From contig CAZPYD010000002.1 in the NCBI GenBank assembly GCA_964590835.1, forward strand, positions 1 to 60,362: a stretch of 60,362 nucleotides of DNA. The letters are read 5' to 3'. Source of the stretch: an uncultured Candidatus Saccharibacteria bacterium (GTDB lineage: Bacteria > Patescibacteriota > Minisyncoccia > JAHISW01 > Tagabacteraceae). Every line of letters starts with the position of its first letter. The first letter of the stretch is position 1. Both the position numbers and the translations under genes were made by a program. The notes beneath the pieces were generated by a model. The model had not been told where the DNA came from. It saw only the letters and a program-made list of their open reading frames with translations, and searched no databases. This document shows positions 44,850 to 53,412 of the stretch, piece by piece.

Positions 44850-46745
44850 ATGAAAAGATTATATTTTGCTAGTTTATATAATTGCAATGAGGATTGTTTG
44901 TTTTGCACGCGTCGAGGGGATGAAGACCCGATTAAGTTTATAGATACAAAAAAAGCTAAAAAAATCCTTAGGAAGAAAAAAGAAGAAGGTTATAAGGAAA
45001 TTTATTTTGATGGTGGAGAACCAACCTTGAGAGAAGATTTACCGGAATTGATTGAGTTTGCTAAAAAACTGGGTTTTAAAAATGTTAATATTTTAACTAA
45101 TGCCATTTTGTTGGCTGATAATGATTTGGTTAAAAAAATATTGATGGTTAAAAACACAAAAGATTTTAATTTGTCTTTTTCTGTTTCTCTTCATTCTCAT
45201 AAAAAAGAAATTTCTGAAAAATTAGTGGGCCAAAAAAATACTTTTAACAAGACAATAAAGGGGATAAAAAATCTGATTAAAAATGACTGTGGAGATATTT
45301 CTCTTTATCATATTATTACAAAAAATAATTATAGAGATTTATCTAGTTTTGTAAATTTTGTAAATAAAAAATTTCCTGAAATAAAAAATATAACTTTTTC
45401 TTTTATTTATCCTGCGGGAGCTGCTTTAAAAAATAAAAATATTTTCCCTCAACTTTCTAAGGTAGAGCCTTGTCTTCAAAAGGCTTTTAAATTATGTAGA
45501 CAAAATAAAATAGATTTTTCTATTAGTACTTGTGGTACAGTCCCTTTATGTTTTCTTAAAGGTTATGAAGATATTTTATTGAAACAACAAGAGCTAGATC
45601 AGCCAGATAATGTTGGACTTGTAGATGCTCAAAAAGATGTTGAGTATGAATTGGCAACTAAAAAATTTCACAAAAAAACAAAAATAAAATCTTCTAAATG
45701 TGTAGATTGTTTTTATAATAAAAAATGCGGTGGTATTTGGAGGGATTATGTGGAGATGTACGGTATGGACGAATTGAGTCCCATAGTAAAAAAACAAGGT
45801 GATGTTTTTCTTGTAGTTACAGGGTGGACTTGCAATAATAACTGTTCTTTTTGTTCGACAGTTGCTGACAGGAATATGAATAGGAGTTTTGATGAGATTG
45901 TTTTTGATCTTAAAGAGGCTTATAAAAAAGGATATAGAATTATTGAATTTATTGGTGGGGAGGTGAGTATTAGGCCCGATTTTTTACTTCTTTTGTCTTC
46001 GGCTAAAAAAATAGGATTTCAAGATATTCGTTTGACTACCAACGGAAGAGTTTTTAGTTATAAAAGTTTTTTGAAAAAAAGCATAGAAGCGGGACTTAGG
46101 ATTATAAATTTTTCTCTACACGGTCATAAGGCGATTATACATGATGGGGTAACAAGAACTCCCGATTCTTTTAAACAGTGTGTAGAAGGAATAAAAAATG
46201 CGGCAACAGAACCAGATGTAAAAGTAATTGTGAACACCGTTGTTTCGAAGGCGAATTATAAATATATAAAAAAGATGGGTTTGTTTTTGAAAGAATTAGG
46301 TGTTGGAGAATGGCATTTATTGGAGCTTTTGCCTGATGGTCGAGCATCGGAAGTATATAACAGTATCGCTGTAGGTTATAAAGAATTGTCGTCTTATTTA
46401 AATAAAATTATGGAATGTGCTGATTTTTTTGTTCAGATTGATATATTTGATTTTCCATTTTGTTTGTTTAAATCGGAAATGTTTGGTTTTAAAAATGTAA
46501 CTTTTTTTACTCCTCAAAATAGATATGAAGATATAAACCAAAAAGGGTTTGATCCGGTTAGAGTATCTAAAGAAAAAATAAATGGTAAAATTATTTATCA
46601 GGATAAATATAAGATTAAGCCAAAAATTTGTCATGATTGTTGTCATTTTGATAAATGTGGTGGTTTGGCAAAATCTTATTTTGAAAAATATAAAGATAAA
46701 GAGATTAAATTTTTGAAAAATGAAAATACAAGAAACATATTATAG
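44850..46745 (+). CDS. two-domain radical SAM fusion, array members 2 and 3
   Basis: Two CX3CX2C motifs (CNEDCLFC and CNNNCSFC) and two C-terminal modules (VPLC...CVDCFYNKKCGGIWRDY and FPFC...CHDCCHFDKCGG). The domain junction is near 45.79 kb. Confidence 0.85.
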   Translation: MKRLYFASLYNCNEDCLFCTRRGDEDPIKFIDTKKAKKILRKKKEEGYKEIYFDGGEPTLREDLPELIEFAKKLGFKNVNILTNAILLADNDLVKKILMVKNTKDFNLSFSVSLHSHKKEISEKLVGQKNTFNKTIKGIKNLIKNDCGDISLYHIITKNNYRDLSSFVNFVNKKFPEIKNITFSFIYPAGAALKNKNIFPQLSKVEPCLQKAFKLCRQNKIDFSISTCGTVPLCFLKGYEDILLKQQELDQPDNVGLVDAQKDVEYELATKKFHKKTKIKSSKCVDCFYNKKCGGIWRDYVEMYGMDELSPIVKKQGDVFLVVTGWTCNNNCSFCSTVADRNMNRSFDEIVFDLKEAYKKGYRIIEFIGGEVSIRPDFLLLLSSAKKIGFQDIRLTTNGRVFSYKSFLKKSIEAGLRIINFSLHGHKAIIHDGVTRTPDSFKQCVEGIKNAATEPDVKVIVNTVVSKANYKYIKKMGLFLKELGVGEWHLLELLPDGRASEVYNSIAVGYKELSSYLNKIMECADFFVQIDIFDFPFCLFKSEMFGFKNVTFFTPQNRYEDINQKGFDPVRVSKEKINGKIIYQDKYKIKPKICHDCCHFDKCGGLAKSYFEKYKDKEIKFLKNENTRNIL

Positions 46746-47586
46746 GGTAGGCAAAAGTCCTTTTGTTTATATTGGCTACAATTGTAACAACAATTGTATT
46801 TTTTGCTTTGAAGATGGCAGAGAATTTTCTAAAAAAACTACAAATGGAATTAAAAAGGAGATGGAGACCATAAGACAAAATTTTGATTTTATTAATTTTA
46901 TGGGGCAAGAGCCAACACTAAGAAGTGATGTTGTTGACCTGGTTGGGTTTGCAAAAGATTTGGGTTTTAAAAATATAGGCATTACAACCAACGGTCGGAT
47001 GTTTGCTTATAAAAAATTTACTCAAGATATTTTAAATAGCGGCTTAAATCAAGTTGTTTTTACTGTAGTTGGTGGATCAGCAGAGGGGCATGATTTACAT
47101 ACTTTGGCCAAAGGTAGTTTTGACCAAGCTCTGGCGGGTATTAAAAATGTTTTACTTTTAAAGAAACCAGAAGTGAGTGCGATAGTTAATATTATGGTTA
47201 CTAAAAATAATTTTAAGGAGTTAGTTGATATGGTGGATTTTTATGTAGGGTTGGGTGTAAAAGAAATAAACATTGGCCATATTATGCCTCTTAATAAAAA
47301 AATTGAAAATTCCAAAAAAATGATTGCCAAAATGAGCGAGGTTGTACCACTGCTTATTGAATGCCAAAATAAATATAGCGATAGAGTAAAGTTTTTATTT
47401 GTTGAATATCCAGCATGTATTTTTCCAAAAGAGTTTGGTGATTTGGCGTTTCCTTGTCTTGAAGAAAATCCACAAAAAAAAAGGATAAGTATTTGTCAAA
47501 AGTGCGATCATAATAAAAAATGTCTGGGTATAAGCAAATCTTATTTGAAATTATATGGTGATAAAGAATTTTCAATTAATAATTGA
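46720..47586 (+). CDS. radical SAM protein, array member 4
   Basis: CNNNCIFC, FMGQEPTL, TNGRMFAY, YPAC...CQKCDHNKKCLG. It overlaps the upstream gene by 26 nt. Confidence 0.85.
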   Translation: MKIQETYYRVGKSPFVYIGYNCNNNCIFCFEDGREFSKKTTNGIKKEMETIRQNFDFINFMGQEPTLRSDVVDLVGFAKDLGFKNIGITTNGRMFAYKKFTQDILNSGLNQVVFTVVGGSAEGHDLHTLAKGSFDQALAGIKNVLLLKKPEVSAIVNIMVTKNNFKELVDMVDFYVGLGVKEINIGHIMPLNKKIENSKKMIAKMSEVVPLLIECQNKYSDRVKFLFVEYPACIFPKEFGDLAFPCLEENPQKKRISICQKCDHNKKCLGISKSYLKLYGDKEFSINN

Positions 47587-47589
47587 TAA

Positions 47590-48516
47590 ATGACAGAGAA
47601 AAAAAATAAAATTAAAAAGACAGTTATCATTACTGGTTATAAATGCAATAATAATTGTTCTTTTTGTATTGATGCCGATAAAAGAAACTTAAGGAATAAA
47701 AACACGGTAGAAATTAAAAATGAAATAATGGAGGCGAAAAAGAAGGGGACTACTTATTTGGAATTTATTGGTGGAGAGGTAACATCAAGAGGTGATGTTT
47801 TTGAGTTGGTAAGTTTTGCAAATAATCTTGGTTTTGAGACTATATCTATGGCGACAAACGGTAGGGTTTTTTCTTATCTAGATTTTACAAAAAAAATTAT
47901 TAAAGCTGGTTTAACTGATATAATTTTTTCTATTCATGGCCATAATGCTAAAATACATGATGATTTGACTCAGTCTCCCGGTAGTTTTGACCAGCTTAAG
48001 CAAGGTTTGAAAAATTTTAAAAAATGCGACTTTAAAAAAATTTGTTCCAACACCACCATTGTAAAAAAGAATTATAGATATCTAAAGCAGATAGGGGAGT
48101 TTATTTATGGTAGCAAAATTAAAAATGCGGAGTTTATTTTTGTTGACCCCAACTATGGAGGAGCTTATAACAATTTTAAAAAAATTGTTCCAAAAATATC
48201 TACGATTGCTCCTTATGTTAAAAAATGCCTTGATTTGGGTAGAAATAATAATTTTCGTTGGAACATAAGATATGTACCTTTGTGTTATTTTCAGAATCAT
48301 CTTGATCAAATTAGTGAAATTAGAGAAATAGAAAATTTTCAAACAGAACATCTTGCTCCTGATTTTAAAAATTTTGATGTGGAAAATTCCAGGCAAGAAA
48401 TTGGTCGAGCAAAGACCAAAAGGTGTAAAGATTGTAAATTGTTTAATAAATGTGAGGGTATTTGGAAAGAGTATCTAAAGCAATATGGTGACAAGGAATT
48501 AAAACCAATTATTTGA
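47590..48516 (+). CDS. radical SAM protein, array member 5
   Basis: CNNNCSFC, FIGGEVTS, TNGRVFSY, HGHNAKIHD, VPLC...CKDCKLFNKCEGIWKEY. Confidence 0.85.
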   Translation: MTEKKNKIKKTVIITGYKCNNNCSFCIDADKRNLRNKNTVEIKNEIMEAKKKGTTYLEFIGGEVTSRGDVFELVSFANNLGFETISMATNGRVFSYLDFTKKIIKAGLTDIIFSIHGHNAKIHDDLTQSPGSFDQLKQGLKNFKKCDFKKICSNTTIVKKNYRYLKQIGEFIYGSKIKNAEFIFVDPNYGGAYNNFKKIVPKISTIAPYVKKCLDLGRNNNFRWNIRYVPLCYFQNHLDQISEIREIENFQTEHLAPDFKNFDVENSRQEIGRAKTKRCKDCKLFNKCEGIWKEYLKQYGDKELKPII

Positions 48517-48519
48517 ATT

Positions 48520-49455
48520 ATGGATATTTGTATTTGGGATAAATGTAATAATAAATGTTTAATGTGTACTAACCCGGATGGGCCTTGGCGTAATTTTGAC
48601 GGCACCATAGGAGAGGGTTATGGTTTTGATGTTCTTACTCAAAGGATTAAAAAAATTAAAAAAAACATTGATCCCTCTGAGGCTATTATTCTTACAGGCG
48701 GAGAGACCACCTTGCATCCTCGTTTTTTGGATATTTTGAAATTTGTTCGCAAGACTTTTCCAAAACAAGAAGTCAGGGTACTGACTAACGGTCGCAGTTT
48801 TTTTTATAGAGATTTTACGAAGCGTGTTTTGGAAACGAAAAATCTTAATTTGGCGATTTCTTTATATGGACCTACAGCTAAAATACATGACACCATAACT
48901 AGAACAAAAAACGGCTTTGAACAAACAATAAGAGGGATAGAGAATGTGCTCGCTTGCAGGGGAGAAGATCAAAGTGTGGAAATAAGGACGGTTGTAACTA
49001 AACTTTCATATAAACATATTAATGAAATTTTGAATTTGATTAGTTTAAAATTTCCATCAATCGATAGGGTTATTGTTATTTTTATGGAAATTGAAGGGCA
49101 GGCGATTAAAAACAAAAAGGCGTCTAGTATTTCTTACTCTAAAGTAAAGCCTTATATCAAAAAAACATATCAGTTTTTAAATATATTAAGGGAAATAAGG
49201 TTTTATCATTTTCCTTTATGTATGATTGAGCCAAAGTTTTGGCCTTCTGTTTGGCGTACTCTTCCAAACAAAGAGGTTTCTTATATTTCTGTCTGCGATA
49301 AGTGTAAGTATAAAAAATATTGCTTGGGTATTCATAACGAATATCTAAAAAACATTGGCGATAAAGAATTTAAGCCAATAAAAAAAGATTTAATTATTCA
49401 AGAAACAAATAATTATTATCACCCTATAGCAGGATTAGAAATAAATGATATTTGA
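48520..49455 (+). CDS. radical SAM protein, array member 6
   Basis: CNNKCLMC, LTGGETTL, TNGRSFFY, FPLC...CDKCKYKKYCLGIHNEY. Confidence 0.85.
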   Translation: MDICIWDKCNNKCLMCTNPDGPWRNFDGTIGEGYGFDVLTQRIKKIKKNIDPSEAIILTGGETTLHPRFLDILKFVRKTFPKQEVRVLTNGRSFFYRDFTKRVLETKNLNLAISLYGPTAKIHDTITRTKNGFEQTIRGIENVLACRGEDQSVEIRTVVTKLSYKHINEILNLISLKFPSIDRVIVIFMEIEGQAIKNKKASSISYSKVKPYIKKTYQFLNILREIRFYHFPLCMIEPKFWPSVWRTLPNKEVSYISVCDKCKYKKYCLGIHNEYLKNIGDKEFKPIKKDLIIQETNNYYHPIAGLEINDI

Positions 49456-50194
49456 TATTTTATTTTTACCAGTCCTTTTTTTTATTGCTGCCATAACATG
49501 TTATGAGGATTTTAAATATGGCAAAGTGAGGAACAAATGGATACTTTTAGGTATTTTTTGGGGAGTGATTGTGGTAGTTTTTTTTGTTGCTTGGTATTTT
49601 ATAGCTTCTCCTGTCACTAGGTTTTATTATTTAAATGTTCTAAATTTTTCGCCAGATTCTCCTATGCCGGTGTTTACTGTTAACCCCTCCTATTTGGGCA
49701 CTGTTTTATGGAACTTTCTTGTTGCATTTGTTGTAGCTTTTTTAATGTGGCGCTTTGGGGCATGGGCTGCCGGTGACGCCAAGCTTTTTGCGGTCTTTGC
49801 GTTTCTTTTACCGTTAAAATATTATTGGAAAACATATTTTTCTTATTTTCCTTCTTTTGTGTTGTTGTCAAATATTTTTTTGTTAATTTTTTTGTATTTA
49901 CTTTTTAGGTCTTGTTTTTTTTCTTTTAAGTCACTCCCTTTTTTAATTAGTGGATTGCGGAAAAATTTTAAAAAACAAGGGATATGGGAAAAGGTATCTG
50001 AGAAGTTTTCTTGGAGTAAACTTAAAAAAAGACTAAGGTCAATTCCGTGTTTCATTTGGATTTTTCTAATTTTGGGTTTGTTTCAAAATACAATTGAAGA
50101 TTATTTGTTGATGTTTTGTCTTTACAGATACTTATATTTGGTTCTTTTGTTCTTTTTAATAAATTTTGGTCTGATGTTTTTCAAAAGCCAGTGA
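49445..50194 (+). CDS. A24-family (prepilin/preflagellin peptidase-like) aspartyl membrane peptidase
   Basis: A polytopic membrane protein. YEDFKYGKVRN (first Asp motif, D....g.I.N-like) and AAGDAKLF (GxGDxKL-like second Asp motif). Confidence 0.6.
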   Translation: MIFDILFLPVLFFIAAITCYEDFKYGKVRNKWILLGIFWGVIVVVFFVAWYFIASPVTRFYYLNVLNFSPDSPMPVFTVNPSYLGTVLWNFLVAFVVAFLMWRFGAWAAGDAKLFAVFAFLLPLKYYWKTYFSYFPSFVLLSNIFLLIFLYLLFRSCFFSFKSLPFLISGLRKNFKKQGIWEKVSEKFSWSKLKKRLRSIPCFIWIFLILGLFQNTIEDYLLMFCLYRYLYLVLLFFLINFGLMFFKSQ

Positions 50195-50670
50195 TATTTA
50201 GAGTTATTATTTTTTTCTTTATCCTTACTTTTGGTTACGGGCTTATTTTTTCTTGGGTTTTAACTTGGCAGATACTTTTCCAGTCTATAATGATGTTGGT
50301 GATTTTTATGACCGTTTTTACCTTACTTGGTAAGGTGATAGATTTTTACGTTTCCCAAACAAGTATCAGTAAAATAAAAATAGAATCACTGAAGGCAAAA
50401 ATGAATTTAACAGAGGATGTGATTAATGAAATAAAAAAAGATGAGAAGCTTTATAATAATCAAATAGGGCAGTTTTATACTGATGGTTTGACACAAGAAC
50501 AAGTAGATATTATTAAAGAAAGAGCAAGGAAAAATAAAAATTTTTCAAAAACTATTTCTATTTATAAACCATTTCCTTTTGTTGTTTGGATGTTTATTGG
50601 TTTGATTGCCACAATGTTTTTAAAAGGTTCTATGGTGAGTTTTTTTATAAAAAATATTTTCAGTGGATAA
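50191..50670 (+). CDS. membrane protein with cytoplasmic C-terminal segment, translationally coupled to the A24 peptidase
   Basis: GTG 50191 overlaps the TGA 50192-50194 of the upstream gene (GTGA). The track alternative is TTG 50116. Three to four TM helices. Confidence 0.5.
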   Translation: MIFRVIIFFFILTFGYGLIFSWVLTWQILFQSIMMLVIFMTVFTLLGKVIDFYVSQTSISKIKIESLKAKMNLTEDVINEIKKDEKLYNNQIGQFYTDGLTQEQVDIIKERARKNKNFSKTISIYKPFPFVVWMFIGLIATMFLKGSMVSFFIKNIFSG

Positions 50671-50739
50671 AATTATAAATAATAATTTTATATTTGTGGT
50701 ATAATAAATATAAAATTATAAATAATAATTTTATATTTG
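50668..50739. repeat. 29-bp perfect direct repeat, two copies, in the promoter region
   Basis: taaaattataaataataattttatatttg occurs at 50668-50696 and 50711-50739. TGgTATAAT lies between the copies at 50697-50705. Confidence 0.85.
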
Positions 50740-50746
50740 AGATATA

Positions 50747-51784
50747 ATGAAAAATAATATTTTATTTGGGATAGGTTTATTGGTATCTTCTTTTTTTGTT
50801 GTTTTCTTTGTTTTTGCTTATAACGCAGGAACGGATTTTATTCTTTGTAGCTCTACATTTAATGGTGTTAGCTGTACTTTAAATTGGACCGTGACAGGTT
50901 CATCTAGTCAAACTGCTTACCAGATTCAAATTGATGATAATAGTAATTTTAATAGCCCAGAATCTGATACTGGTGTTGTTAATTCTATAAATAACTTTTA
51001 CGTGGTGAATACTGCTGGTCTTAGTTTCGGTGTAAATTATTATTGGCGAATAAAAATTCAGGACAATTATGGTAGTTGGATTACTGATTGGGTGGAGGGG
51101 GATAGTGCTTTTCAGCTTTCTGCTGCCTGTGCTGGTTCTGTAACAGCAGCAAGTTTAACCGTTTCTTCTCATGGTCCTGCGACTTATTGTGGAACTGCTT
51201 TGCATAATTTCTCATGGGTTTTCACTTCAGCTAGTAGCAACGATCAATCTCGTTTTCAGTTTCAGGTAGACGATGATAGTGGTTTTGGTTCTCCGGAGGT
51301 AGATAGAGATTTTACTGGCTTATCTAATCCAAGTCCTACAACGAATAATCAAATTGTTTATGTTGCTTCGGCCCCGACAGCAGATAAATTAACATATAAT
51401 AATACATATTATTGGAGAGTAAAGGTTTATGATAATTCTGGTAATGATTCTGGTTGGGTAAGTGGTTCAGCTTTTTCTACGGCTACACATTCTTATCCTG
51501 ATGTAGATTTTAGTTGGCAGCCTAATAGTCCAAGTGTTGGGGATAATGTTCAGTTTACTGATAATGCAACCTGTTCGGTTGGTTGTAGTGGTTGGTCTTG
51601 GGGTTTCTCAGATGGAACACCTTCAACATCTAGTATTCAAAATCCAATTATTCAGTTTAGTTCTGATGGCTTAAAGTCAACAACTCTGCAAGTTACTGAT
51701 ACTAGTGCTTATTCTTGTTCTGTGTCTAAGAATGTTGATATAGGTACTCAAATACCTGATTGGAGAGAAATTTTACCGCAGTAA
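50747..51784 (+). CDS. secreted/anchored protein with two repeated beta-rich modules and a C-terminal PKD domain
   Basis: N-terminal hydrophobic helix. Repeats YQIQIDDNSNFNSPE...YYWRIKIQDNYGSW and FQFQVDDDSGFGSPE...YYWRVKVYDNSGNDSGW. PKD-like VQFTDNA...WSWGFSDGT. Confidence 0.7.
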   Translation: MKNNILFGIGLLVSSFFVVFFVFAYNAGTDFILCSSTFNGVSCTLNWTVTGSSSQTAYQIQIDDNSNFNSPESDTGVVNSINNFYVVNTAGLSFGVNYYWRIKIQDNYGSWITDWVEGDSAFQLSAACAGSVTAASLTVSSHGPATYCGTALHNFSWVFTSASSNDQSRFQFQVDDDSGFGSPEVDRDFTGLSNPSPTTNNQIVYVASAPTADKLTYNNTYYWRVKVYDNSGNDSGWVSGSAFSTATHSYPDVDFSWQPNSPSVGDNVQFTDNATCSVGCSGWSWGFSDGTPSTSSIQNPIIQFSSDGLKSTTLQVTDTSAYSCSVSKNVDIGTQIPDWREILPQ

Positions 51785-51860
51785 AATTATAATAAAAATC
51801 ATTTTAAATTTTCTTGTCTTTGTGCTTGAGCCAAAAAAGACTTTGGTGTATATTTAATGC

Positions 51861-52052
51861 ATGTCCAGTAATACACATTCGCGCATGTTCTTCTATTATG
51901 TTTACGCGCTGATTAGTTTGAGAGATATAGTGTATTATGAGGCAAGTCTAAATCAAGAAGATGCGAAACAAAGAGAAAAATATTTTAAAACAACCACAAG
52001 TCGTAGATTTATTATCAAAAGAATCAAGAATTATCTTGATTTAACGCGATAG
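51861..52052 (+). pseudogene. internally deleted GIY-YIG nuclease family remnant
   Basis: FFYYVYAL (GIY region) is joined directly to IVYYEASLNQEDAKQREKYFK (the conserved C-terminal helix region). The middle YIG/Arg segment expected in 80-100 aa family members is absent. Confidence 0.4.
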
Positions 52053-52065
52053 TGTATTACTGGGT

Positions 52066-53310
52066 ATGGTAAAAATAACTAAAAAAACAACTCCTAAGAC
52101 TACAAAAAAGAAACCGGTTAAAAAAACCACAAAAAAGATTGTGACTAAAAAAGGTAAGGCTGTAGCAAAAAAAGCCCGCCTTGCTCGCCTCGATTCGGCG
52201 AAGCGGGACTCGACAAAGGCGAGGCGAGTTGTTAAAAAAACAAAAAAAGAGTCTAATGAAGCAAAAATAGAAGCCTTGGTATCAAAAGGAGTGTCTCGAG
52301 GCTTTGTTACTCAAAAAGAAATTATAAAGGAATTCCCTAGAATAGAAGAAGATATTGTTTTTTTAGACCATCTTTATACTCGTTTTGAAGATGAAAGTAT
52401 TGATGTTTTGGACAGCAGAGATCTTTTGGAAACAACAAAGGAGGAGAAAAATGTCGCTGGTAAAATTATAAAGACACCGACATCTTCAGATTCTGTCCAA
52501 ATGTATTTAAAGGAAATTGGAAGGATCTCTCTTTTGACCGCAAAAGAAGAAAAAGATTTGGCAAAACGTATAGAGAAAGGGGATGAAGATGCAAAAAGAA
52601 GCCTTACTCAAGCTAATCTTCGTTTAGTTGTTTCTATTGCTAAAAAATATATTACTCGAACACCAAATTTAACCATTTTGGATTTGATTCAAGAAGGGAA
52701 CCTGGGTCTTTTTAGAGCTGTTGAAAAGTTTGATTGGCGAAGAGGATTTAAGTTTTCTACTTATGCGACTTGGTGGGTTAGGCAGGCGATTACTCGTGCT
52801 TTGGCAGATCAATCAAAGACTATTCGTATTCCTGTTCACATGGTGGAAAGTATTTCCAAGTATCAGCAGGTTGTGAGGAGATTAACTCAGGATTTGGACA
52901 GAGAGCCTTTGGCAGAAGAGGTTGCTTCTGAAATGGGACTCGAGGTAGAAAAAATTAGACATATGCAAAAAATTTCTCAAGAGACAGTTTCTTTGGAGGC
53001 GCCGGTTGGTGATGAGGATAAAGATTCTACTTTAGGGGAGTTTATTGAGGATGATAAGATTCTTTCTCCGGATCAACAAGCTATGAGGAGAATTTTGAAG
53101 GATCAAGTGAAAGAAGTATTGATGGATTTAACACCGCGAGAGAAAAAGATTTTGGAAATGAGATTTGGTCTTATAGATGGTATCACACACACTCTAGAAG
53201 AAGTGGGAAGAAAATTTGGTGTAACCAGAGAGCGTATTAGGCAGATTGAAGCAAAAGCCATTGAAAAAATAAGATTGCATGATAAACTGAAAAAGTTAAA
53301 AGAGTATTAA
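52066..53310 (+). CDS. rpoD: primary sigma-70 factor RpoD with Lys-rich N-terminal extension
   Basis: [73 protein letters not shown]. Confidence 0.95.
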   Translation: MVKITKKTTPKTTKKKPVKKTTKKIVTKKGKAVAKKARLARLDSAKRDSTKARRVVKKTKKESNEAKIEALVSKGVSRGFVTQKEIIKEFPRIEEDIVFLDHLYTRFEDESIDVLDSRDLLETTKEEKNVAGKIIKTPTSSDSVQMYLKEIGRISLLTAKEEKDLAKRIEKGDEDAKRSLTQANLRLVVSIAKKYITRTPNLTILDLIQEGNLGLFRAVEKFDWRRGFKFSTYATWWVRQAITRALADQSKTIRIPVHMVESISKYQQVVRRLTQDLDREPLAEEVASEMGLEVEKIRHMQKISQETVSLEAPVGDEDKDSTLGEFIEDDKILSPDQQAMRRILKDQVKEVLMDLTPREKKILEMRFGLIDGITHTLEEVGRKFGVTRERIRQIEAKAIEKIRLHDKLKKLKEY

Positions 53311-53340
53311 AATTTTGACAATTTAATATTTGTAAAATAT

Positions 53341-53412
53341 TCTGCGGTAGCTCAGTGGTAGAGCGGTCGACTGTTAATCGATTGGTCGCAGGTTCGAATC
53401 CTGCCCGCAGAG
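53341..53412 (+). tRNA. tRNA-Asn (anticodon GTT), CCA not encoded
   Basis: Hand fold: acceptor TCTGCGG/CCGCAGA, D-arm GCTC-AGTGGTA-GAGC, anticodon stem GTCGA/TCGAT with loop CTGTTAA, T-arm GCAGG-TTCGAAT-CCTGC. Confidence 0.9.

Noticed and set aside
49445-50670. A24 peptidase and downstream ORF as one frameshifted gene
   Set aside because: At 249 aa the peptidase is already full length for the family, and a GTGA start/stop overlap at 50191-50194 explains the arrangement by translational coupling.
10626-53412. The whole interval between tRNA-Ser and tRNA-Asn as one genomic island carrying the rSAM cluster
   Set aside because: The interval contains core genes (U32, phoH-like, nrdJ, rpoD), no integrase sits next to tRNA-Ser, and the recombinase at tRNA-Asn points to a separate small element on the far side.
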